From the IMG/VR virus record IMGVR_UViG_3300025137_000002, positions 1 to 54,235 of that record: a stretch of 54,235 bases of DNA; one strand, given 5' to 3'. The notes beneath the pieces were generated by a model. The model ran no database searches, was not told the DNA's origin, and was given only the letters and a program-made list of their open reading frames with translations. Of the stretch, positions 1-8,600 are shown piece by piece. Each line of letters starts with the position of its first letter. Within the stretch, counting starts at the first letter, position 1. Position numbers and translations under genes: made by a program. Source of the DNA: a virus (taxonomy: Duplodnaviria; Caudoviricetes).

Positions 1-99
1 CGGAGCCTTCCTATTGATGTAGCCATTAGCCAATAGCCATTAAACTACTGCTACCCAAACCTTTATAAATAACATATGGGGCATAAAGAGTTTTAAGCA
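1..99. repeat. Terminal direct repeat, copy 1 (assembly circularisation overlap)
   Basis: 1-99 is identical to 54137-54235. The head-closure ORF start (54162) and the connector ORF stop join seamlessly across the junction. Confidence 0.95.
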
Positions 100-682
100 T
101 AGGTGGGTAAGGATTACTTGCCTCATACATATCGCCTCTATGTTCATAAAGATGAGCTACATGTTGAAGTATTCCCATTCTGATTGGCTCTGGTATTGAA
201 TAAATTGAGCTATATCCAACTGTATAATTAACTTCTATACCATTAGCGACTCTTAGATTACTCTCCCATGTTTGACCTTTTCTAAGAAGTATCTTCGCAG
301 GTTCTCTAGCGTTATCTAAGTAATATTTTGATGATGCGAATACTGTTGCGTTATCGCTATCGTCATAAGTGTTTATTGAATTAACTGATGCTACAGGTCC
401 GTGACTTAGCGTGAGGTAGTTTTTATAATATGCTATGTCAGCACCAACCCTCATGCCTTCCCATAAAGGGTCCTCAAATTCATTTGCGACATCATAAGAC
501 TGCGTTAATACTGTTGTAACTAATTTACGACCTAAATATTCTTCAGCGAACATTCTTGCTGTTTGAATTAAAGGTCTTAGTAATCTTTCGTCTATACCAT
601 CTTCAACTCTAAGATGTTCTTTAGCTTCTTGTAGAGTTATCGGCTCTTGAGCCGGTTGCGTTGTTACTACTGTACCTGCCAT
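26..682 (-). CDS. Head-tail connector protein (HK97 gp6 / SPP1 gp15-like)
   Basis: EPITLQEAKEHLRVE N-terminus and IPEPIRMGILQHVAHLYEHR C-terminus. Start moved to ATG 682 (GGAG RBS, TAATG coupling with the upstream ORF). Confidence 0.9.
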   Translation of the reverse strand: MAGTVVTTQPAQEPITLQEAKEHLRVEDGIDERLLRPLIQTARMFAEEYLGRKLVTTVLTQSYDVANEFEDPLWEGMRVGADIAYYKNYLTLSHGPVASVNSINTYDDSDNATVFASSKYYLDNAREPAKILLRKGQTWESNLRVANGIEVNYTVGYSSIYSIPEPIRMGILQHVAHLYEHRGDMYEASNPYPPMLKTLYAPYVIYKGLGSSSLMAIG

Positions 683-861
683 TATAATCGCTCCAAAATT
701 TGTGAGCCAATAATTAGCACATATAAACCCCATATCATGGATTCAAGTCTAATAAACCTACTGGAGCCTGATTCAAGCCTAGCCTCTATATTCTTATAGC
801 GTAAGGCACATATTTCTTCGTGCTGATCTATCTTCGTTCTGGCAACTTCTTCTTGACTCAT
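682..861 (-). CDS. Small 59-aa coiled-coil + C-terminal TM protein (not in ORF track)
   Basis: Translated by hand: MSQEEVARTKIDQHEEICALRYKNIEARLESGSSRFIRLESMIWGLYVLIIGSQILERL. AGGT RBS; stop overlaps the next ATG. Confidence 0.7.
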   Translation of the reverse strand: MSQEEVARTKIDQHEEICALRYKNIEARLESGSSRFIRLESMIWGLYVLIIGSQILERL

Positions 862-886
862 ATATTACCTGCATAACTGCTTTCCT

Positions 887-2755
887 TTATATTGTATCTC
901 CAATATAGCGTTGAGTCCATATAGTATAGCTGTACTTAACACCTGCTCTTAGAGGTAAACATTCATGCCCATGCGTTAAAGCTCCGGGAAAAAGTATCAT
1001 CTTTCCGACCGGTATATCTTTATTGCTTATGTTTTGCCTAGGGTATATTAAGTTAGCACCTAGGTAATCATCATTTAACTTAACAGAACCGGTCACTAGC
1101 GATGCATCATTATGCAATGCTAGATTTACTTGCGTATCCATTGAATATCTCATCACAAAAGCATCTCGTATGCCATACATCTGTGTTGGCTTCCAATATT
1201 GCTCAATTATAGGAACAATATGCTGATTCCAATGTAATGTAAGCTCATCATGTAAATTGTTAGCTGTATCTTTATCTATTTGGCTTAATCTTATTTCTTT
1301 TGCCGGAAATTTATCATAATCTAAAGAATCCCAACCACCATGAGCATCTGCTATTTCAATCATGCGTTCACATTGCTCTTGAGTCATCATATCAACCAAC
1401 AACATATCATCAGCGAGTATTTCATAGCCGTGATTGTTAGGGATATACATTGCTACTTTTGATGGATAAAAAGAATCATATAAATCATCAAATGTTTGTT
1501 TTTCAACTTTCCCTCCATTCCCATGATAAATACATGGACAACATTGGGTAATTGGATTATTTAATTGATTGCCTAACTTCACCACTTCCGGCTCATTAGT
1601 TTGAAATATATACCCTTCAATATCTAACAGGATTTCAGCTTCTTGTTTTAAGAAAATATCATGTACATATAACTGGTCATCTTCGTCATCTTTAACCGGA
1701 CGCATATTCATAATTTTTTTTAGTTCACTCACATAACCAATATATGTCCCACTATTCAAATATCGGTATGGCGTAGAAACCTCAGGGAACTTATCAGCAT
1801 ATTCAGAAAGAGGCCAACAAACACGCTCAGCAGAAAATACTGTCTTTGAATTCATATCGTGAAATCTTTCAACTATTGTCGGTAAATCATCAGCATAGAA
1901 AACATCATAAGCATCAGTAAATAAAACTATATCTTCATCATTCAGCGTTTCTAAATAATCTTTCATTAAGTTTATCTTCATGCCACCACCTAAGGCAGAC
2001 ATGTCGGTTCCTTTCCACTCTATGTTATTTCCTATATTGACTATATCAATACCATGATGCCTAGCACTCGTGAAAAGTTTATCGCATAACTTTCTATCAG
2101 TACCGCAAGTTGTTGCATGTACTTCGTAATGTCTAAAAGGAACTCCATTTTCTATGTCGCTCATTTCCCTAGGAAGTTGGTCACATGAGTCTTGTCGTAA
2201 GCCAACTATCTTTCCATGTACTCCTAAATCTTTAGAATGTTTAATTATTTCAGGCATAAATTCATCTACAGGGATAAAATCAATTGGATTTACTTGCTTG
2301 ATTAAAAAATCAGCAAAGGTTGGGTCTATAACATAAGCTGTCATATTGTATGGATATACAACTGTTTCTAACTTGTCATCTATAGGTAAAACTTTTTCTA
2401 TATTGTTTTCGTTTCTTTGAAGATAAATAAATAAGTATTTCTTAATTGCTTCTTCGTAATAAGGCTCATTCCATTTATCATTTATGATTGCATCATCTTC
2501 CATGATAATACATGGCTGATTAAGTTCAGCACACCTACGCCAAGCATTAATGTGAGATAAAAAACATGCTACTTCATTTTGTTGTAGTGGTCTTTTTTTA
2601 TATGGTTCAAGCCAACCTGCTCTACCACGAATGTTTCTGAATGTTTCTTGAGTGCCATCAACGGCTTTTATATATTCAAAATCTTGCAGTTTGTTCTTTT
2701 GCCATTCAGCTTTACGGTCAGGTCTACGCAGTAGCGATATGACGAGCTTTTTCAT
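887..2755 (-). CDS. Trifunctional collagen-modifying-like enzyme: GT25 (COLGALT-like) + PLOD-type glycosyltransferase + 2OG-Fe(II) lysyl hydroxylase-like domain
   Basis: GT25 motifs ISLLRRPDR, PYKKRPL..NEVACFLSH, IMEDDA, PVDEFMP. PLOD GT motifs VLFTDAYDV, VFSAERVCWP, YRYLNSGTYIG, DDQLY, HGNG. Hydroxylase motifs FVMRY..LHNDAS (HxD), FPGALTHGHE.LP...G.KY. Confidence 0.85.
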   Translation of the reverse strand: MKKLVISLLRRPDRKAEWQKNKLQDFEYIKAVDGTQETFRNIRGRAGWLEPYKKRPLQQNEVACFLSHINAWRRCAELNQPCIIMEDDAIINDKWNEPYYEEAIKKYLFIYLQRNENNIEKVLPIDDKLETVVYPYNMTAYVIDPTFADFLIKQVNPIDFIPVDEFMPEIIKHSKDLGVHGKIVGLRQDSCDQLPREMSDIENGVPFRHYEVHATTCGTDRKLCDKLFTSARHHGIDIVNIGNNIEWKGTDMSALGGGMKINLMKDYLETLNDEDIVLFTDAYDVFYADDLPTIVERFHDMNSKTVFSAERVCWPLSEYADKFPEVSTPYRYLNSGTYIGYVSELKKIMNMRPVKDDEDDQLYVHDIFLKQEAEILLDIEGYIFQTNEPEVVKLGNQLNNPITQCCPCIYHGNGGKVEKQTFDDLYDSFYPSKVAMYIPNNHGYEILADDMLLVDMMTQEQCERMIEIADAHGGWDSLDYDKFPAKEIRLSQIDKDTANNLHDELTLHWNQHIVPIIEQYWKPTQMYGIRDAFVMRYSMDTQVNLALHNDASLVTGSVKLNDDYLGANLIYPRQNISNKDIPVGKMILFPGALTHGHECLPLRAGVKYSYTIWTQRYIGDTI

Positions 2756-3354
2756 CTAATAGCATATATATCTTCGTGTTCAACATAAACGAGATACCCG
2801 TGCGATTTTAAGAGATTGCTTATGTATACATCATCTACATGAGCGTGTTCAACTTTTATGATGTCTGGCTTTATATCCCATGAATAACATTCAAGTATAT
2901 TTAATTCATGCCCTTCAACATCAATCTTTAAATAATTCACATGTGCGAATTCATGTTTAGCTATCAACGAGTCAAGTGTCATACAATCAACTTCAATAGC
3001 TTCTTCAAGGAATTCTTGATTTTGCTCAATATCAAATACTCTTTCTCCTTTATGGCTTTCAGCTAACACGCTTGATATACCACGCCTCCAGAAGCCATTT
3101 GACCTGCTACCCTCTGATGTATCTTTTGATACGCCGAAACTTATTTTTCCGTTGTAATCGCTTATCGCAAGAGGCTCAATAGTTAAGCTCTCTCTGTTTG
3201 GAATACCTTTAACTAAATTCATTAAATTGTTTCTATATTTCGGTGCAGGTTCACACATCACACCAATCCAGTTGCCATTGTTTATCAAATCAATGTTCGT
3301 ATCAAAATCACAAGAACCTATTTCAATGAATACTTTTTTATAATCTATTTCCAT
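2752..3354 (-). CDS. FkbM-family SAM-dependent methyltransferase
   Basis: FIEIGSCD, GVMCEP, AISDYNG, CMTLDSL, YLKIDVEGHE motifs. Confidence 0.85.
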   Translation of the reverse strand: MEIDYKKVFIEIGSCDFDTNIDLINNGNWIGVMCEPAPKYRNNLMNLVKGIPNRESLTIEPLAISDYNGKISFGVSKDTSEGSRSNGFWRRGISSVLAESHKGERVFDIEQNQEFLEEAIEVDCMTLDSLIAKHEFAHVNYLKIDVEGHELNILECYSWDIKPDIIKVEHAHVDDVYISNLLKSHGYLVYVEHEDIYAIR

Positions 3355-3914
3355 TTCGGTCCCTCTACCCAAGCTACTAATGACTTTCTAGTACCTTTAG
3401 TTACCGGTTGCACCATGTGGGATAAAACTGACGGAAATACTAATATAGTTCCTTTTGTTCTAACATCTTTTGAATCCGGAGCTTCGTATTGTGGGTCTAT
3501 CAAGAAATCACCACCTGTATAATCTTTTGAATCACTTAATTGAATTGTTACTGATAACTTCCTATCTTGTGTAGAAGTATTGCCCCAAAAAGTGTCAAAG
3601 TGCCAGTCATAGAAACCTTCATCTTTTGCTTCATAGATAGTGTATTGAATATCTGATAAATAATTAATGTCTACACCGAAAGCAATCTTGTTCGCTTCGT
3701 TCGCATAACGCATAATTAAATCATGTATGAATTTTGAATTAGTATCATAGGCGTTTATCCATCTAACAACGCTCCTACGAACTTCTTTTTTCTTTGATAC
3801 GCTTTCTGAACCGACTGACGCTTCCTGTGGTTCATAATATTCGCATTCTTGAATTATTCTGGCTACTTCCTCATCAGACAGTTCGCCTTTCCACATTTGC
3901 CAAAGACTGTTCAT
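3345..3914 (-). CDS. 2OG-Fe(II) oxygenase (PKHD/prolyl-hydroxylase-like)
   Basis: QYTIY..FYDWHFD (HxD), RKLSVTIQL, Y.GGD, VFPSVLSHMVQPVTKGTRKSLVAWVEGP. Confidence 0.88.
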   Translation of the reverse strand: MNSLWQMWKGELSDEEVARIIQECEYYEPQEASVGSESVSKKKEVRRSVVRWINAYDTNSKFIHDLIMRYANEANKIAFGVDINYLSDIQYTIYEAKDEGFYDWHFDTFWGNTSTQDRKLSVTIQLSDSKDYTGGDFLIDPQYEAPDSKDVRTKGTILVFPSVLSHMVQPVTKGTRKSLVAWVEGPKWK

Positions 3915-3935
3915 AATATCTCCCTAGATTGTTTA

Positions 3936-3968
3936 TCCCATTATGGAATGTAATCTAAGAATAAGCAA
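3936..3968 (-). promoter_or_regulatory. Sigma70-like promoter for the oxygenase-methyltransferase-GT25/PLOD operon, overlapped by an operator-like motif
   Basis: Minus strand TTGCTT-17 nt-CATAAT, then GGGAG RBS. The -10 lies inside ATTCCATAATGGGA, a variant of the repeated phage motif. Confidence 0.55.
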
Positions 3969-3984
3969 GGAGAGTTATATAAAA

Positions 3985-4250
3985 CGAAAAAAAGCTAGTT
4001 TACCTTTGAAGTGTTGCAACACCTTATCTGGTTCCCTAGCTTTCTTAAAAGAGGTCTATCGCGAAAAAGCCTCTTAACCGAACCCCGAAACCTTACTCAG
4101 GCAGGGAGTTAGCCGGTTAGAAGATAAATTCAAAGGCTTGCCATTCTGAACTGGTAGTCCGGCTTCCTTACCTCCGCAACAACGAAGGGTAGGTTTTTTG
4201 ATTTAACGAAGGGACTTATAAAATCCCTAACCTACAATTTCTATCAACCA
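3985..4250 (-). ncRNA. Candidate structured non-coding RNA
   Basis: No ORF. About 6 consecutive inverted repeats (3991-4043, 4049-4075, 4075-4119, 4129-4150, 4171-4188, 4189-4235). Preceded by the conserved promoter motif; ends in a stem plus U-tract on the minus strand. Confidence 0.5.
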
Positions 4251-4281
4251 ACCATTTCATTATCATCATTTTTTGTAAGAA

Positions 4282-4300
4282 GTAAACCCTTTTTGGAATA
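4282..4300 (-). promoter_or_regulatory. Conserved phage promoter/operator motif TATTCCAAAAAGGGTTTAC, copy 1
   Basis: Exact 19-mer also found at 18886, 30129 and 36507, always intergenic. Confidence 0.85.
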
Positions 4301-4304
4301 ATAT

Positions 4305-5048
4305 TTATTCAAACTTTATCCAATGTATAAAGTCAGCCGTAGTGTTAGTATTAACGACTGTTGCTAGTTGATTAACCCATGCGTAGACAATTCTTGAACT
4401 ATGCGTGGTGACTACAGCATCAGTTCTATTTAATGTAGTGATATTTACAGCAGATGCAAAACTGCTATAAACGCCACTACCACTATAATCATTTTCTATA
4501 TCTGCTGCAAAATGAACCTTTGTCCAGTCAGTATCAGTTGTTTGAGCACCACTACCCTCAAAACATAACTTTTGTGAAATTGTCCCAAAAAGTCCACCTA
4601 CCATTTCATAACCTATAAAAGATATCCATTTATTACTATCAGCATTTGGTGCTAAATAAGAAAATGGAATAGCTGAAGTAGTAATTGAGTCTGTTCCATC
4701 ATAGGCTACTCCTACTTGTGTTGTAGAATTACCACTAGTTGCTGCTTGTGAGCCACCTGATGTTCCCCACCCTGCAAAAATAGAATTTACAGCTCCTTTT
4801 GAACTGCCTGTTTGATAATTACTTTGAGAAGTTTTTATTTTTATAACACCATAATGGTCATTAAAAGAGTGTGTTGAGGTAGTGCCTTTTGAAGTAGAAT
4901 GAACGCTACCACCTCTATAGGGCTGTCTTTCCCATATCTTAGTGCTGTTCATTGCCATACTAGAAGATGAACCATTGCCATCATGGCTTTCCATCATGTC
5001 TCTTATTCCGTCAGCTTGTAGGCTTTCACCTCGTCTTAATCTTGTCAT
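4305..5048 (-). CDS. Hypothetical protein, possibly virion/fibre-associated (Ser/Thr/Gly-rich)
   Basis: 247-aa ORF translationally coupled to the fibre operon; no recognised motif. Confidence 0.6.
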   Translation of the reverse strand: MTRLRRGESLQADGIRDMMESHDGNGSSSSMAMNSTKIWERQPYRGGSVHSTSKGTTSTHSFNDHYGVIKIKTSQSNYQTGSSKGAVNSIFAGWGTSGGSQAATSGNSTTQVGVAYDGTDSITTSAIPFSYLAPNADSNKWISFIGYEMVGGLFGTISQKLCFEGSGAQTTDTDWTKVHFAADIENDYSGSGVYSSFASAVNITTLNRTDAVVTTHSSRIVYAWVNQLATVVNTNTTADFIHWIKFE

Positions 5049-5698
5049 TTGAATACCAGTGTAAACCTTGTTAGTGTCATTTTAAAGTCCATTACTACTT
5101 CAGCAGGTACTTCTTCACTAATCCCATCAGGAGTAGGAATACTTGTATATGCAGGTCTTTCATAGTAATAATGTTGCTCTATATCTTCATGTACAACATC
5201 TTCATAGAGTACCCCAATATTTTCATAAGACTTTTGTGCCATCATTCTAAAAGCAGGTCCATTACCACATTGCACCCAAACATGAGCCTTGTTTGCACCT
5301 AAAGCTATCTCAGCATTTCTTCTAACTGTTGTATAGTCTAGTGAGTAGAGATATGACTTAGAATTACTTTTGTTGGGACTAAAAAGAGTTATAGATAAAT
5401 TTGCAGAAGTATCTGCAGAATCATAATGACCATTGTAAATGGCAATTAACTTATCATCATCAAACATTGCCTGATTGAAATGAGTATGATTATCAGGCGA
5501 CCATGAATCAGGACTGTAAACAGCTCTAAATCTAGCTATGAAATAATCTCTTTTTTGATCATGTGTTAGACGAGGGTCAAAAGGGTGTGAACCTGCATCT
5601 ATGTATGATTTAGAATCATCATAAAGTCTTTGAATGGTTCCATCAGCAATCCATGTCTCCATTTGCTCTGAGGTAGGAGTTATATAAGTGTAAGCCAT
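5045..5698 (-). CDS. Hypothetical protein directly downstream of the collagen fibre
   Basis: 217-aa ORF with TAATG coupling to the fibre gene. Confidence 0.65.
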   Translation of the reverse strand: MAYTYITPTSEQMETWIADGTIQRLYDDSKSYIDAGSHPFDPRLTHDQKRDYFIARFRAVYSPDSWSPDNHTHFNQAMFDDDKLIAIYNGHYDSADTSANLSITLFSPNKSNSKSYLYSLDYTTVRRNAEIALGANKAHVWVQCGNGPAFRMMAQKSYENIGVLYEDVVHEDIEQHYYYERPAYTSIPTPDGISEEVPAEVVMDFKMTLTRFTLVFK

Positions 5699-8600
5699 TA
5701 CTTATCCTCTAATTTTCTAATTCTTTCCTCTATTGATTCATAACCTTCAAAATCTTCTATTCCTTTTGGCGAATGCGAATCAATGGCCAATTCTTTTATT
5801 GCCTCAATTAAGAGAGGTATCAACTTGTCATACCAGACTGTTATGTATTTATCATCAATAGGAGCCTCTGTAACTACCTCAGGCAATACTTTCTGTACTT
5901 CTTGGGCACTTACACCAACTTGTAATCTATCGTTGTCATAACCGAGTTCTTTGGCTTTCGCATTTTCAGTGAAATAGTAACCATGTAATTGCATTACCTT
6001 TTCAAGAGCATTAACAATCGTGCCATCAAAGTCTTTTAGGCGTTCATCAGAATAGTAAGCAGTAATATTATTGGTTGCTCTAATTTCACCTGCTGTTCCA
6101 CTAGCACCTGTATTTACACCTAGGCTATTAACTTGAGCATTTGAGTTAGTTGTGAATCCACCTGCAGGTCCTGTTGGTCCTGTTGGTCCTGTACCACCTG
6201 AAGGTCCGGTTGGTCCCGTGCCACCATTTGAACCATTGCTACCTGCAGGTCCTGTTGGTCCGGTTGGTCCGGTTGGTCCTGTACTACCGGTGCTACCACC
6301 ACCACCAGTCTGACCTTTTTGTCCTTTCGCACCTGTACTACCCGTGCCTCCTGTAGGTCCAGTTCCACCTTGCGAACCAGTATTTCCTGTAGGTCCAGTT
6401 GGACCTGTAGGACCTGTCCCACCTGTTCCACCTGTCTGTCCTTTTTGACCTTTTGCACCAGTAGGTCCTGTTCCACCTGTTGGTCCAGTACCACCACTTG
6501 GTCCTGTAGGTCCACTTCCACCTTGGCTACCTGTTGAACCCGTTGGACCTGTATTACCAGTTTGACCTTTCTGACCTTTAGCACCAGTTGGACCAGTTCC
6601 ACCAGTAGGTCCTGTAGGTCCTGTTCCACCATTTGAACCATTTGAACCGGCTTGCCCTTTTTGACCTTTGGCACCAGTACTACCACCACCACCGGTTGGT
6701 CCTGTTGGTCCAGTACTTCCTGTTGGTCCACTTCCACCTGTATTTCCGGTAGTACCTTTTTGTCCTTTTTGACCAGTAGGTCCTGTGCCTCCGGTATTAC
6801 CCGTAGGTCCGGTTCCTCCATTACTACCTGCTTGTCCTTTTTGTCCTTTAGAACCCGTTGGTCCAGTTCCACCTGTCGGTCCTGTTCCACCCGTTGAACC
6901 CGTGCTACCAGTTGGACCAGTTCCACCGGTTGAGCCTGTTTGACCTTTTTGCCCTTTAGAACCATTACTTCCGTTGCTTCCCGAAGGTCCAGTTGGACCA
7001 GTGCCACCAGTATTACCTGTTGGACCTGTATTACCTGTTTGACCTTTTTGTCCTTTGCTTCCGTTTGAGCCATTGCTTCCTGCTGAACCTGTTGAGCCAG
7101 TTGGACCTGTTGAGCCTGTTGCACCAGTAGTTCCTTTTTGACCCTTGGCACCCGTAGGACCGGTTGACCCAGTAGGACCTGTACCACCTGTATTTCCTGT
7201 AGTACCCTTCTGACCTTTACTACCATTGCTTCCATTACTTCCGGAAGGACCTGTCGGACCAGTTGAGCCTGTATTACCAGTTACCCCAGTTTGACCTTTT
7301 TGTCCTTTTGAACCAGTTGAGCCAGTATTTCCAGTTGTACCAGTTTGTCCCTTCTGACCTTTGTCGCCAGTTGGACCTGTAGACCCTGTTGGACCTGTTC
7401 CACCTGTTGAACCGGTTTGACCCTTCTGACCTTTTGAGCCATTACTTCCATTAGAGCCATTTGAACCTGATGGACCAGTTGGACCAGTTCCCCCTGTGCT
7501 ACCTGTAGTACCCTTTTGACCCTTAGAGCCACCTGCTCCTGTTGGACCCGTGCTACCTGTTGAGCCAGTTACCCCGACTTCGCCCTTTTGACCTTTCGCA
7601 CCGGTAGAACCTGTGCTTCCAGTACCTCCTGTTTGACCTTTTTGACCTTTATCACCGGCAGAACCATCATTACCATTAGACCCTGAAGGACCGGTCGGAC
7701 CTGTTCCCCCAGTTGAACCAGTAGTTCCTTTTTGTCCTTTATCGCCATTTGAACCATTACTTCCACTTGAACCAGTAGGACCAGTTGGACCTGTAGGACC
7801 TGTTGAACCGGTGCTACCAGTTCCTCCCGTACTACCCGTTGTTCCTTTTTGCCCTTTACTTCCTTGTGGACCTTGTATTGAACCACCACTTACGAAACTA
7901 CTACCATCAAATATATGTAGAGAATCGTCTGCTTGAACAATATAAGCATCTCCTTTTGAATTGCCTGAAGAAGGAAGATTACTTGTACCGGCAACTTGAC
8001 CTTCAAATGTAATACCTGTTCCTGTTGAACCTGTAGGACCTGTGCTTCCTGTAGGACCGGTAGGACCAGTACCACCTGTTACACCCGTTTGACCTTTCTG
8101 ACCCTTGCTTCCTGTTGACCCAGTATTACCTGTAGTCCCTGTTTGACCTTTTTGTCCCTTATCTCCATCAGAGCCTGATGGACCTGTAGGACCAGTACTA
8201 CCAGTTGAACCACCGGCACCTGTTGAACCAGTTGTTCCCTTTTGACCTTTACTTCCGTTAGAACCATTAGAACCGGCACTACCTGTACTACCAGTAGGAC
8301 CTGTTGCTCCCGTATCTCCGGTTACGCCTACTTCACCCTTTTGCCCTTTATCTCCGTTGCTTCCATTTGAACCTGATGGACCTGTTGAACCTGTGTTTCC
8401 TGTCGGACCAGTTGAACCCGTTGAGCCTGTAGTACCCTTTTGGCCTTTAGAACCTGACGGACCTGTTGGACCAGTTGAACCATCAGAGCCATCGTCCCCT
8501 GTAGCACCTGTATTACCGGTAACTCCTACCTCACCTTTCTGACCTTTGCTTCCACCAGAACCTGTAACTCCGACTTCACCTTTTTGTCCTTTGTCCCCAT

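Noticed and set aside
1-99. Biological terminal repeat or att site
   Set aside because: The length matches a common assembler k-mer and it falls within coding sequence; this is an assembly overlap.
3345-3914. Collagen prolyl-4-hydroxylase call
   Set aside because: The fibre has almost no Y-position Pro, and this oxygenase family is common in marine phages; substrate left open.
3985-4250. tRNA or tmRNA
   Set aside because: No cloverleaf with T-loop GTTCRA plus acceptor stem, and no tag reading frame recognised.
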